A DNA stretch of 64,000 nt. Origin: Obrimoposthia wandeli. Lineage: Eukaryota. Below are positions 17,900 to 28,441 of this stretch, one piece after another. The DNA is taken from assembly GCA_977020255.1 (NCBI GenBank), contig CDROCS010000462.1:1-64000 (forward strand). The letters are read 5' to 3'. Made by a program: the position numbers and the translations under genes. Below the pieces are notes generated by a model. It did no database searches. It worked only from the letters and a program-made list of their open reading frames with translations, and had not been told where the DNA came from. Numbering within the stretch: the first letter of the stretch is position 1; every line of letters begins with the position of its first letter.

Positions 17900-19920
17900 C
17901 AGTTCACCATTACCACGCCGCCTTTCACTGTTGTCATTCCACTGGCAGATATTTCCGCCATTGCAGCACCTTTAACTGTCGCCCCCACTGTTCCAGAGAG
18001 CTCCGCATTTAAACCCGAGGCCTTCAAATCTGCCGTGGCTTTAATGGCGATGCTAGCGCTGGATTTGATATCAACTTTAGTTGTGCCTTTGATTTCCACT
18101 TGCATGCCATCGACCACCACTTTTGAATCACCTTTGAGTGATATTTCGCTACTTTTAAGCTCTATCTTAGAACTGCTGATGGTCAATTTGCTCGAACCGA
18201 CTTTGAGGGTAATCGTATCATCGGCTTCTAACGTAATAGTCTTGGCTTTCTCGGTGATGGCGTCTTTCGCGGTCAAGCTGTAATTTTGCTCACTAGTGGC
18301 ACTAATGTCTTTCTCAACAACTAAGGTGTGGTTGCCTGTCACTTCCTCTTTACTATCATTTAATACTTTAACACTGACGTCATTTTCAACTTCCAGAGCA
18401 TAATCTTTTGCCGCATGAAGATAGAGTTGCTCATTATCTTTTTTATCATCAAAACGCAATTCATTAGACTCACCCTCCAACTTGGTTTTAATGCCCGATT
18501 GTGTGGTGTCTTGCTCGGCGTAAGGCACCTTATGCTTGCTGTTGTACAGACTGCCCGTCACTACCGGTCTATCGATATCTCCGTCTAAAAAGCTAACTAA
18601 CACTTCCTGTCCGGCGCGCGGGATGAATTGCAACCCGTAACCATTGCCAGCCATTGACTGAGCGACTCGGACCCAGCAACTGGTCTTGTCACCGCTGCTG
18701 TCGTCCCAGTGAAACTTTATCTTCACTCGCCCTTCGTCATCACTGCTCGGCTCATGCTCATTGGCACCGGCAACAACTGCGCTATGCATGCCATGAATCA
18801 GTGGTTTGTTATTTTCTATTGGATAAAACGCATGCTCTTTAGCGCTGCAACTGAACTCCATTGTCTGCGATAGCTGTCCTTCACCGTCAACGCTATAGAG
18901 GTACTCATTACTGATAACAAGGTAATCACCCAATTGTGAGGGATCACTGTGTGAGGCCAAATTAATATAGTGACCGCAGCTGATAAAAGCATTTTCTGTG
19001 CGTGCGCTCACTAACGTGTGTTGTGAGTCCAATTGCGCGCGCTTGGTCTTTGCCAGTACTTTGGCAAGATCATCCTGTTTACCGCTGATGCTCGCTTGAG
19101 AGTAGCGAAAATCGACCAATTTACTATTGCCAGCTAAGGTGTAACTAGATTTGGTCGAGGAAGACTTTACCAGTTTAGTTTGCTCTGGATCATAACTGGC
19201 CAATTCAAGTTTAGCCGCGTGATAACGCAACCGCGGCATCCACTCTAAAATGGTCGGCAGTGTTCCGCTTCTGGTTGCGGCGCCATCAAAACTTATTTTA
19301 TCGTCATCACTGAAGGGTTTAGCGGCGTCTTGCAGCACTAATACCTCGTTTTTCTCATCGCGATCAAAGTAAAAGTGAATACCCTCTTGTGCCAAGATTC
19401 TACTGATAAAGTCATAATCAGTTTCATTGTATTGCAGGCAATATTCACGTTTGGTACTCGGCAAGGCATTAAGTTTATATTTACCTTTGAAACCCAATTC
19501 ATCAAATATAGACGTAACTATTTGCTGACTACTTTGATCTTGGAAGACACGATAATTCCTACTGTATTGCAGCAGTGCTAACCAGGGCTGTACTGTCAAA
19601 AAAAAGCAGTGACTTTTATCCTCTTCACTACTAAATAACGACTCGACCCCGACCACTACACCACTATAACTGCGTATCGCTTTTCTACTCGTCGATAATT
19701 GATCGAATACCTCACAGCTAACCGTTTGGCCCAGCCATTTAGCACCATCTGGATCACTGCTCAATACCGTTGTTTCAATAGTCGAGAGAACTGATAGTTG
19801 CTCGTTAATAGACAGCCCCGTGACGACAAAGTCGCTGCCACTTTCATCTTTTATTGTCAGCTGGCTACTTTGCGGTTCTCGGCTGATACCTTTTAAATTA
19901 TTTCGCTGACGCAATGACAT
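17899..19920 (-). CDS. vgrG: T6SS spike protein VgrG (no C-terminal effector extension)
   Basis: REYCLQYNETDYDFISRIL, GRVKIKFHWD, FIPRAGQEVLVSFLDGDIDRPVVTG; ATG at 19920 behind AGAGGT. Confidence 0.95.
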   Translation of the reverse strand: MSLRQRNNLKGISREPQSSQLTIKDESGSDFVVTGLSINEQLSVLSTIETTVLSSDPDGAKWLGQTVSCEVFDQLSTSRKAIRSYSGVVVGVESLFSSEEDKSHCFFLTVQPWLALLQYSRNYRVFQDQSSQQIVTSIFDELGFKGKYKLNALPSTKREYCLQYNETDYDFISRILAQEGIHFYFDRDEKNEVLVLQDAAKPFSDDDKISFDGAATRSGTLPTILEWMPRLRYHAAKLELASYDPEQTKLVKSSSTKSSYTLAGNSKLVDFRYSQASISGKQDDLAKVLAKTKRAQLDSQHTLVSARTENAFISCGHYINLASHSDPSQLGDYLVISNEYLYSVDGEGQLSQTMEFSCSAKEHAFYPIENNKPLIHGMHSAVVAGANEHEPSSDDEGRVKIKFHWDDSSGDKTSCWVRVAQSMAGNGYGLQFIPRAGQEVLVSFLDGDIDRPVVTGSLYNSKHKVPYAEQDTTQSGIKTKLEGESNELRFDDKKDNEQLYLHAAKDYALEVENDVSVKVLNDSKEEVTGNHTLVVEKDISATSEQNYSLTAKDAITEKAKTITLEADDTITLKVGSSKLTISSSKIELKSSEISLKGDSKVVVDGMQVEIKGTTKVDIKSSASIAIKATADLKASGLNAELSGTVGATVKGAAMAEISASGMTTVKGGVVMVN

Positions 19921-20033
19921 TATTAAACCTCTAAACTTATCTTTAGCTGATCTGTAGATGATTGGCTTAACGACAATGTATCCAATAGATTTCGCGCTGT
20001 AAAAACGTACTTTTATCACGCTTTATGGCCGAA

Positions 20034-20048
20034 AAAGCAATTATAAAT
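20034..20048 (-). promoter_or_regulatory. Promoter element upstream of vgrG containing TATAAT, shared with the tssA upstream region
   Basis: aaagcaattataaat versus aaagtaattataaat at 44483-44497. Confidence 0.45.
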
Positions 20049-20227
20049 GAACCTAGCATTAACTCGGAGTTTCATCTAGTTTTTTTGCATTTTTAGATAT
20101 AAATCAATTCGAACAAAGCATAAACTTATCTTTACGTAGTTGCACCAAAAAATGGATTCGCCATTTTTCAGATATAATAAAAATACTTTCGCACTACACC
20201 CTTTCCAATAAGAAAAGTGATTGCCTT

Positions 20228-21034
20228 ATGAAAGCCTTTATTGAAATACATCTCAAGCTAGTTGTCACTATATGGCTAATTTTGTTCAGTGTGCTCGGCC
20301 TGTTATTGATGATGAATTACATGAAATTTTCAAGCATGATGTCTAATGTCGTGTCCTCACAGTTGCAAGTTATTTCCAGCTCTATCCAACGCTCAATTAT
20401 CAAGGCCGAGCAATTGGGATTGCCCTTAGCTGAAATGCAAAATCTGCCTTTACTGCTGCAACGCGAACAAGCACGAGATCCGCAAATACAGAATATATTT
20501 ATCATCGATGTCAGCGCAAAAATACTTTTTCGAAGTAGCGGCGACGCCTCGCAAAATATGCCTATCCAAAACAACTTACTGCGCAAAGCCACTACCGGTA
20601 AAGAGCAACAGTGGAGTATTGAAAGTGATACTCAGCTCTACAGTGGGTTAAAGCTCCTCGATGCCACTGAGCAGTTAATGGGTAACATTATTATTATTTA
20701 CAACAAGCAAGGCTACTTGGCGATATCCAATCAAGTATTTTATCAACTGATTAACGCTAGTATTGCTATTTTCGTGCTGTTTGCTCTCTTGGTATTTTTA
20801 GCGGTCCGCTGGGGTTTCTCCGATGTTAATAATGTGCTCAAAGTGATCAATAGCCAACTCAAACTTAAACAGACAGCGCCACTGCAACAGGCGTTGAAGC
20901 CCGATACGTTAGCTTATCAGTTTGCCCGTCAAATTGAGCAGCGAGAAAAAATGAAACGACATGTTTCCGAGCAGCTCGATGCTTGCTGCTCTGGTGTAAA
21001 AGAAACACAGCCATCATCAGGATCTACCCAATGA
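20228..21034 (+). CDS. Two-TM membrane protein with periplasmic sensor-like domain
   Basis: TM1 near the N-terminus, about 140-aa extracytoplasmic stretch, TM2, short cytoplasmic tail with no output domain. Confidence 0.6.
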   Translation: MKAFIEIHLKLVVTIWLILFSVLGLLLMMNYMKFSSMMSNVVSSQLQVISSSIQRSIIKAEQLGLPLAEMQNLPLLLQREQARDPQIQNIFIIDVSAKILFRSSGDASQNMPIQNNLLRKATTGKEQQWSIESDTQLYSGLKLLDATEQLMGNIIIIYNKQGYLAISNQVFYQLINASIAIFVLFALLVFLAVRWGFSDVNNVLKVINSQLKLKQTAPLQQALKPDTLAYQFARQIEQREKMKRHVSEQLDACCSGVKETQPSSGSTQ

Positions 21035-23133
21035 AGCAACAAAGCGATGGCCTCACCGGCTTTATCAATCGACGCCTGTTCTATATCACTTTAATTAGCA
21101 CGCTACTGGCGGCAACTCTTAGTGCCTTGTTCACTTTGGCACAGTTCAACCAGTCATTAAAACCGAAGCTGTTACAAAAAGTTGAAGCGGTGGTCGACTC
21201 AGTGCGCCTAGATGTCGAGCTCGCCGTCTCTGTCGGAATACCTATCGATCAAATTAGAGGCCTTGATCCCTACCTCAATGAGATAATTGAGAAGTATCCA
21301 GAATTACAGTATCTCGCCATCAGCGATCGCAGCGGGGAATTACTCTACCAACAAAGCAGTGGCGAGGTGATGATCGCCAATATAAGCGAAGCACAAGCAC
21401 TGCGTGAAAACCTCGACCAATCACAAACTTCGTTTTTTTATCAGTTGCTCAATAGTGCCTCTGAACTCACTCAGTTAGTCCCCGGTATGTCTTCTCAACA
21501 CAGCGGCGCCGATGACTACTTTTTACCGTTAGAAGTACAGGGGAATAGCATTGGTGCCGTGCAAATTGGCCTTAATAGTGGCTATATTCGCTCGCAACTG
21601 AGTAATGTGTTTTTCGATATTGCCATCGTGTTAATTGCTGTCCTGTTAGTTTCATTTGAAGTGGTTATGGTATTGGTTATGTTTTACGTAACTGCGCCCT
21701 TACGCCGTTCCGAAAAACTATTACAGCGCCAAGCCAGTGGCGACTTCAGCGTTAATGATCAAGGTGATGGGCAGGGCGCTATCGAAAGTTATAATCGTCA
21801 GCTCAATCGCGACTCTGTCGATTTACAGAAAACCTACCGCAGCGCGGCTGCTCAACAGAACACCAACTTGAGCGATCAGTTAAAGCAAGTTGCCCAAAAA
21901 TTTAATCTAGTCAAAGTATTAAAAGAGAAAAGCAGTAATGTATTAGATGCACGTATTCCGCTGTTTGTCTTTGCTTTTGCCGAAGAGCTACAAAAATCCT
22001 TTATGCCGCTCTTTGTCGCCCAGTATTACGAGCCCAACCCTTGGCTCAGTCAAGATATCGTACTGGCATTACCCATTTCCGTCTTCATGTTGGTGATTGC
22101 TGTCGCCACACCTTTTGCCGGTGGCTGGGTCGATCGCTGGGGCAATAAACGACTCTTTATGCTCGGTTTAATTCCCGCACTTTTGGGTTACATCGGCTGC
22201 GCACTAGCGATGGATAGTTATCATATTATAGCCTCACGCGCTGTCACTGCACTAGGATATGCCATCATTACCATTAGTTGTCAGGGCTATATTGCGGCGG
22301 CAGTCTCCGCTGAAAATCGTGCTAAGGGGATGGCTATCTTTGTCGGTGTACTCATGACCGCAACGATGAGTGGTACAGCTCTGGGTGGTATTATTGCCGA
22401 TCGCATTGGCTATCATAATGTATTTTTCATCAGCGCTATTTTAACCTTAGCCGCCGGTGCACTTGCCTGGATGATGCTCAGTGCGGACAAACCTGAACCT
22501 AAGAGCGCAAAAATCAAAAAAGGCGGCTCTGCCATGAAGGCGCTGGCAGGTAATACAGAGTTTGTATGTCTCATAATATTTTGTGCCATTCCAGCCAAGA
22601 TAATATTAACCGGCTTCCTCTATTACTTAGTACCTCTCTACTTGATATCTCTAGATGCCAGCCAATCAGAAATTGGCCGTATCATGATGGTTTATGCGCT
22701 AGTGATTATTCCGCTCAGCCCAGTGGCATCACAGTTTGCCGATCGCTGTGGAAAAATGATGCACTTAGTTATTATAGGCACCATTATCTCTGGCTTGGTT
22801 CTAATTTCCCTCTATCAGCGTGAATCGATAATGAGCGTTCTACTGGCGATTGCATTAATGGGTGCTGCCCATTCTATCCTCAAGGCACCACTGATCGCAG
22901 CGGCCCTGAATGCTGCAGAGGCCACCGCAAACGTTGGTCGCACTACAGTGCTTGGCATACTGCGCACCAGTGAGCGTATTGGCAGTGTACTCGGACCTAT
23001 TCTTGTCGGGACTTTACTGCTGTTCTACAACTTCTCGGAAACCCTGGCGATCATCGGTATTGGTATCGTTTGTAGCGGCCTGATTATGGCTTATTATTTC
23101 CTTCGACCGACTGCAGTGGAGACAACCCAATGA
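21031..23133 (+). CDS. Fusion of a periplasmic sensor/HAMP-like region to an MFS transporter
   Basis: N-terminal TM-periplasmic-TM-VTAPLRR linker; MFS from about 21946 (GGWVDRWGNKR, GGIIADRIG, ASQFADRCG); ATGA overlap sets the start. Confidence 0.8.
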   Translation: MKQQSDGLTGFINRRLFYITLISTLLAATLSALFTLAQFNQSLKPKLLQKVEAVVDSVRLDVELAVSVGIPIDQIRGLDPYLNEIIEKYPELQYLAISDRSGELLYQQSSGEVMIANISEAQALRENLDQSQTSFFYQLLNSASELTQLVPGMSSQHSGADDYFLPLEVQGNSIGAVQIGLNSGYIRSQLSNVFFDIAIVLIAVLLVSFEVVMVLVMFYVTAPLRRSEKLLQRQASGDFSVNDQGDGQGAIESYNRQLNRDSVDLQKTYRSAAAQQNTNLSDQLKQVAQKFNLVKVLKEKSSNVLDARIPLFVFAFAEELQKSFMPLFVAQYYEPNPWLSQDIVLALPISVFMLVIAVATPFAGGWVDRWGNKRLFMLGLIPALLGYIGCALAMDSYHIIASRAVTALGYAIITISCQGYIAAAVSAENRAKGMAIFVGVLMTATMSGTALGGIIADRIGYHNVFFISAILTLAAGALAWMMLSADKPEPKSAKIKKGGSAMKALAGNTEFVCLIIFCAIPAKIILTGFLYYLVPLYLISLDASQSEIGRIMMVYALVIIPLSPVASQFADRCGKMMHLVIIGTIISGLVLISLYQRESIMSVLLAIALMGAAHSILKAPLIAAALNAAEATANVGRTTVLGILRTSERIGSVLGPILVGTLLLFYNFSETLAIIGIGIVCSGLIMAYYFLRPTAVETTQ

Positions 23134-24143
23134 TCCGCGTTTGCCTCATCATATTGACTAGCCTATTAGCTAGCACGTTAGTCAGTGCTAAGGACTTTAG
23201 CAAAGACAACCCCGCTCAAATTTACATGGTACTTTGGCGCGGTTGTGAAGAGGCCTGTCAAGGTTTCAAACAACAGCTTGAAGCACAGCAATTGCCAGTA
23301 ACCATTACCTTGCGTGATGCCGCGCGCGACAAAGGTAAACTGAAAACTTTTTTAGCCGAGGCAAAGCAGCTAAAACCTGACCTTGTAGTCACTTGGGGGA
23401 CCTCTGTCAGTAAAGCTATTATCGGCACTTTAGAGAGTGATGCCAGCGATCAGTTTTTAGGAGACATCCCTGCTCTCTTCATGATTGTAGCGGACCCTAT
23501 TGGAGCGGGTATTGTACAAAGCTATCAACGTAGCGGCAGAGCTTGGGTTACCGGTGTTCGCAACCGAGTACCTGAGGAAGTGCAAATTCGTACCATTAAA
23601 GATTACTTGGGATTGAACAAACCTAATATTGGTGTTATTTACAGCCAATCAGAGCTCAACTCGGTTCTCAATACTCAAAAGCTCGAACAATTAAGCACGA
23701 CTTTGGACTTTACTTTGACTCCATTAAAGTATCAGTTAGACCCACAGGGCAAACCTCTACCTAATCAACTTCCTCTTTTAATGGATGAGCTCGCCGCAAG
23801 TGGCGTCGATATGATTTACGTGGGTTCAAGCTCGTACAACAGAGCTAACCGCCAGGCTTTTATAGCCCAAGCAGACAGCGTGGGTTTACCGGTCGCCAGT
23901 GCTTATGAAGTGATGGTGGCTAAATCAGATGGTCTTATTGCCGTGGCTAATCGCTATTACAATGTCGGTAAACTAGCGGCTAACCAGGCGCGTAAAGTTC
24001 TTTTTGAAGACGCAAAACCTGGGGAATTAAATATCCCCTCGCTGAGTCGATATTCAATTTTTATCAATATGCACAGTGCTCGTAAGTTTAAGCTCTACCC
24101 ACCTATCCAACTGCTTCGCTTAGCCGAGTTAGTCAACCCATAG
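23130..24143 (+). CDS. ABC_sub_bind-type periplasmic solute-binding protein with no ABC partner nearby
   Basis: Signal peptide; DLVVTWGT, ADPIGAGIV, VTGV, IFINMHSARK motifs; ATGA-coupled to the MFS gene. Confidence 0.8.
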   Translation: MIRVCLIILTSLLASTLVSAKDFSKDNPAQIYMVLWRGCEEACQGFKQQLEAQQLPVTITLRDAARDKGKLKTFLAEAKQLKPDLVVTWGTSVSKAIIGTLESDASDQFLGDIPALFMIVADPIGAGIVQSYQRSGRAWVTGVRNRVPEEVQIRTIKDYLGLNKPNIGVIYSQSELNSVLNTQKLEQLSTTLDFTLTPLKYQLDPQGKPLPNQLPLLMDELAASGVDMIYVGSSSYNRANRQAFIAQADSVGLPVASAYEVMVAKSDGLIAVANRYYNVGKLAANQARKVLFEDAKPGELNIPSLSRYSIFINMHSARKFKLYPPIQLLRLAELVNP

Positions 24144-24275
24144 CCAAGCTGTGAGCCGCTCATATTTTTCCGGTGTTTTCTTGTAGTCTACAGTTAAGCA
24201 TCGGGGATTTAATACCTCTGAGTAGTTCCCACTTTATCTTGCCTGTTTCCAACTGAGCTAGCTACACAGCTTGAA

Positions 24276-25061
24276 TCAAGACGTAGCGCCTTTCACTCTC
24301 TTAGCACAGTAATCCACCAATCGATTATTCAACCGCCAGGTGTGATCGTGTACCTCATCCGTATGGCAGTGTTTGAGGTACCGCTCGATACTTTGATCAA
24401 ACACTCCGGCGAGTGGGCTGGCTGACTGCCAATCTGGCTGAACCACCTGTCCTCTCATTGCCGCCTCTAAAATACACAAAAAACTATATTGATCTTTTTC
24501 GATATCAGCACAACCCATTCCCTGTTTCTGCTCTGGCAGAGAGAAATGTCTAGAATAGCTGTAGAACGCCCTTTTACTATCATCACTGTGTGCTGTTCTG
24601 GCATTAGCAAAATCTAATAGCGCTACTTGTGGCTGTCGATACAATACATTGGACGGTTTAAGGTCACCGTGAACTACACCACTTAGGTGTAATTTTTCAA
24701 TTGCTTGCTGTAGTTTCCACAGTACATTGGCCAAACCTGAATTATTGGTATTTTTTGCGGAGTTCTCCTGCCACTGCGCCCTTATAAGCTCAGCGAGGCT
24801 CTGTCCTACGATGTAGTGTGACAGTAGTAAATCATAGGAATCAAAGCATAGCAGTTCAATAAAACTTCCAGCACTGAGCGTATCATTCAGCTGTTGCCAG
24901 TGTGCCTGATTAGAGAGGAAAAAACGTTCGCGCTGCGTCGCAGCGACTTTAACCACATAATCTTGGTGAGAACTGTCGCGAAGGCGCCAACTAGAGCGCC
25001 CCAATCTTTCGACACAGTGCCAATCTCTATCGCGACAATAATGCTTAATTATTTCATTCAC
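24276..25061 (-). CDS. Soluble Hanks-type Ser/Thr protein kinase, T6SS-associated
   Basis: VVKV lysine, VHGDLKPSNV, DFA (for DFG), LPEQ; overlaps the tssM stop. Confidence 0.75.
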   Translation of the reverse strand: MNEIIKHYCRDRDWHCVERLGRSSWRLRDSSHQDYVVKVAATQRERFFLSNQAHWQQLNDTLSAGSFIELLCFDSYDLLLSHYIVGQSLAELIRAQWQENSAKNTNNSGLANVLWKLQQAIEKLHLSGVVHGDLKPSNVLYRQPQVALLDFANARTAHSDDSKRAFYSYSRHFSLPEQKQGMGCADIEKDQYSFLCILEAAMRGQVVQPDWQSASPLAGVFDQSIERYLKHCHTDEVHDHTWRLNNRLVDYCAKRVKGATS

Positions 25062-28000
25062 AGCGCCGATGGAAGTTTTATTTTACTAAAATAGCCCGCG
25101 GTAAAGGGTGATTTCGCCCCGTTAACACGTAACACTAGAACCGCACCTTGTCCCTGATTTTTCACAGTGAGTACTGAAACAGCAGGGTCTTTTCCGGTTC
25201 GCGCCTGCATGGTGTCGGCGAGCTTAAACCAACTCCAAAAACCGACAAAGCTAGCGCGTAATATGTGTTTGTCGATGCTTTTGAGTTGCAGTTCGATATC
25301 TTCTGAACTCTGCTGCGGCTCTGGCCACTGCACGCTTGCCCACAGGGGCGGGCCATTGCGATAGCTGTATATCTTGCGCTCACTGTACAATGATATTTCA
25401 GACAGAGCAGAACTCATATCCTGCGCCCGGATTTCAAAATCTACTTTCAGCACACCTGCGCTGTACATACGCTGCTGGATATCTTTAACGGCCACTAAGA
25501 AGCGACTTAATTCATCGTTAAAAGGTACATTGCTGTTACTGAGGAAGCTTCCCATATTGCGCTGCCCAGTTATGTCTACATTAAAGTAACCTAAGAACTG
25601 ATTACTAAAGCGATCGACCATGCCATCTACCGCGAAAAATTGATTGAAATTCTGTGCACTAACATCTTGCGTTGCGCTCGTGTTAAAAGGGTAAAACCCC
25701 GCCAATTTACTACGATAGAAGCTATAAACATTGCGGCGCCACTGATCGTTAATAAAGCTGCGAACTTCTAACATCGCGACAGTATTTAGCTCATTCGCCG
25801 ATCGAGTGAGATACCCTGCAATTAAGCGATCATTGTAACTACCTGCAAGGCTCGTCATCTCCTCCAGTGGATTCACGCCCGCACTCGCCGATAATTGCTG
25901 AAGTAAATCCGCTCCACGCGGCTGCTGAGCCAATGCTGTTTCCAACCACAAATTCGCTTTACTCAATTGAGCAATCGCCGCGTCAATGGGTGTTATCCCC
26001 TGATCGTCTGCCGTGACCAAACTATGTAATGCGGTAAATGGGCGACCAATTTCCTGTGCTATTTGTTTCGCTATTTCACTGCGTTCCAAATCGCGTTGCG
26101 CAGGCTCAGCACCCTCTGCAACCTCGGGCATAATCGCTAACTCGTTCAAGTTAGTGTGGTAGCTCATTAACATCTGCAACTTTTTCAGCGGAGAAAAAGT
26201 CGAATCGGTGATCAAATTAAGTTGGTTGCGTACCTGTAAACTTCCCTGTGCATCACGCCATTTAACATTGCGATAGAAGGTTTGCCAACTGGCAATGTAG
26301 TCGGAGATATATCGCTGCTTTAGTTCGCGGTTAATACGGCTAATCTGACTCGCACTGCTCACTTTTCCGATGATTCCCTCGAAATCGCCAATCGCCTTAG
26401 TAGCCAATTGAAAGTCGTCGCCTTTGAGCAGTTGCTCAAAGCCTTCACGAGTAAAGATCCGCGGCATGAGGTAGGGGCTATCATCTTCGCTATAGCTGAA
26501 CACTAACTGCGCCTTTTGTCCTAAGCTCTGTCTTAGATCAATCCTTTGACTCATTTGGGGGCGCTGCATTATATGCTGGTAGAGTAATTCGCTAATATCA
26601 TCCTGAGACAGTGAATCTTTAACGATATTAATCAGTGTCTGTTCACCTTTTTGTGGCACTACACCTGGGCGCAAAGCATCTGCTAAGATGGTACGAAAGC
26701 GCTCTATTGTGGATATATCACTTTCGCCTTCGGCCTGCAGTGAACTGACATAATAATTAATCAGCGGAACTTTATTGACCCGCTTAGGGTTGTAAAGTAG
26801 TTGGTATAAATTATAGAGCTCTATGGTTTTAAGCTTGTCTTCCAGTTTATTGTAGACAAACATATCTTTGAGTAAATAATCACGCAGCGCTGTGAGTAAA
26901 ATGTTATCTAATGCCTGCTCATAGCTTTGCTCTACTTCTGCTTCGATGCTCGGATTCGGCAAACCTGCAAGCACGTACCAAGGTTTAGCTGTACGGTAAA
27001 TTTCACGAATCTTACGCAAATCACTTAGGCTGTAAATAGGGCCTGTTAAATCGTCAATATTTGGCGGATCTACCTGTAAATTTTCACGATATTGTACTAA
27101 TTGAAGCTGGGCTTTGGCATTTAGGTCGCTGTAATAACTATAGTTACTTTCAAGTAGAAATCCCGCGGCAACGATACCGGCAAGTAATAATGCACCGTAA
27201 CTCCAGCCCCAAAAGCGGTAGCGTCTCTCACGTCGACGGTTTACACCAACCAAGCGCGACTCAGGTAGGATCGCTCTATTAAACAAACCTTTGCTGAAAA
27301 GCACCTTACCTGGCTCAGTCTCGCTCTTTAAAGCTTGTTGATAACCCAATTGCGCACTCAGCAACATCGTTAACTTATCTATGCTGTTGGCCTGCGCGCC
27401 GATATTACTAAAGAAATAGCCTCGAAAATTCAGCCCTTTATCAGCGAAGGTACTGTCATCAAACAGCTGACGTAAAAAGCCACCCAACTCCGTCTTTAGT
27501 AAACTGAACTGATAGGGCCCCATCACAATAGAATCACGATATTCAGGATTCAACTGCGCTTTTAAGCCCCGGGTGGTGTGCTCTAATAGCTGTTGCTGGA
27601 TTTGGCTGTAAGATTGCTCAAACCACTGTTCGTCAAATCCATCTATCGCTGCAGGACTTAGCGCACCCAGCGGCTGCTCCAGTCGCTCATCATCAAAACA
27701 AGAAAATAATCGCTGCAGATCACTCAGCGCAGAGAAATCTGTTACCAGTGTATAGCAGGGTAAGTTGAGTCCCATCGCACTATTACAGCGGCCCAATAAA
27801 TTGCGCCAGTGCTTCGCTCGTTCATTTACCTGTGACTGCTGCTGCTGCATTAATTGCGCAGCAGAAAGCCCTAGTAGCACCCCATTGACACCTTGACGCG
27901 CTCGGCGCTTTTCGAACAGCTGTAGTAGACGGGTGATTCCCTCTTCAAAATACGGTGATTCAAACTGCTCTATAGCAACCACAACAATTTGATCACTACG

Positions 28001-28441
28001 CCAGAAACTCAGTGGTGCTAAATCATCCCTATCTTCTTGATCAAGTAACTCCAGCCCTTGGCTAAGTAACAGCTCCCGCGTGTGTTCTTGTGCATCGCTA
28101 AAAAGAAGATACCAGGGAGTTTTGTAATTATCACCGCTGCGGCTAGAAGCGTCATCCGCGCGATTAAAGTGCGCCGTTATAGCCCGTTCAATACCTTTAA
28201 TGCGCTCGCGCTCTGCTAACACATCATCACTGGGTACTTGCGCTCTATTCAATTTAACCAGCCAGTAACACAAGCTACTCAGTAAACTAGCACTGATTAT
28301 AGCAACGGCACTTATCGAGAGAATCTGCCACGGTAATACCCAACCCCACCACTGGAAATACCACGCGGTAAAAAGTGCACACCCTATGAATAAAATACTG
28401 AGTAGAACAAAAGGCCAAAGCTGTAATTTTTTGGTTTTCAT
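25058..28441 (-). CDS. tssM: T6SS membrane complex protein TssM/IcmF
   Basis: TPWYL, RQGVNGVLL, LPCYTL, FRGYFF, FYPFN, FFAVDG; 1127 aa. Confidence 0.95.
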   Translation of the reverse strand: MKTKKLQLWPFVLLSILFIGCALFTAWYFQWWGWVLPWQILSISAVAIISASLLSSLCYWLVKLNRAQVPSDDVLAERERIKGIERAITAHFNRADDASSRSGDNYKTPWYLLFSDAQEHTRELLLSQGLELLDQEDRDDLAPLSFWRSDQIVVVAIEQFESPYFEEGITRLLQLFEKRRARQGVNGVLLGLSAAQLMQQQQSQVNERAKHWRNLLGRCNSAMGLNLPCYTLVTDFSALSDLQRLFSCFDDERLEQPLGALSPAAIDGFDEQWFEQSYSQIQQQLLEHTTRGLKAQLNPEYRDSIVMGPYQFSLLKTELGGFLRQLFDDSTFADKGLNFRGYFFSNIGAQANSIDKLTMLLSAQLGYQQALKSETEPGKVLFSKGLFNRAILPESRLVGVNRRRERRYRFWGWSYGALLLAGIVAAGFLLESNYSYYSDLNAKAQLQLVQYRENLQVDPPNIDDLTGPIYSLSDLRKIREIYRTAKPWYVLAGLPNPSIEAEVEQSYEQALDNILLTALRDYLLKDMFVYNKLEDKLKTIELYNLYQLLYNPKRVNKVPLINYYVSSLQAEGESDISTIERFRTILADALRPGVVPQKGEQTLINIVKDSLSQDDISELLYQHIMQRPQMSQRIDLRQSLGQKAQLVFSYSEDDSPYLMPRIFTREGFEQLLKGDDFQLATKAIGDFEGIIGKVSSASQISRINRELKQRYISDYIASWQTFYRNVKWRDAQGSLQVRNQLNLITDSTFSPLKKLQMLMSYHTNLNELAIMPEVAEGAEPAQRDLERSEIAKQIAQEIGRPFTALHSLVTADDQGITPIDAAIAQLSKANLWLETALAQQPRGADLLQQLSASAGVNPLEEMTSLAGSYNDRLIAGYLTRSANELNTVAMLEVRSFINDQWRRNVYSFYRSKLAGFYPFNTSATQDVSAQNFNQFFAVDGMVDRFSNQFLGYFNVDITGQRNMGSFLSNSNVPFNDELSRFLVAVKDIQQRMYSAGVLKVDFEIRAQDMSSALSEISLYSERKIYSYRNGPPLWASVQWPEPQQSSEDIELQLKSIDKHILRASFVGFWSWFKLADTMQARTGKDPAVSVLTVKNQGQGAVLVLRVNGAKSPFTAGYFSKIKLPSAL

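Noticed and set aside
17899-18500. Possible evolved VgrG effector domain
   Set aside because: C-terminus is only the repetitive beta-helix spike and ends at KGGVVMVN
19921-20019. N-terminal extension of VgrG in the ORF track
   Set aside because: ATG at 19920 has a good RBS and the extension overlaps the promoter region
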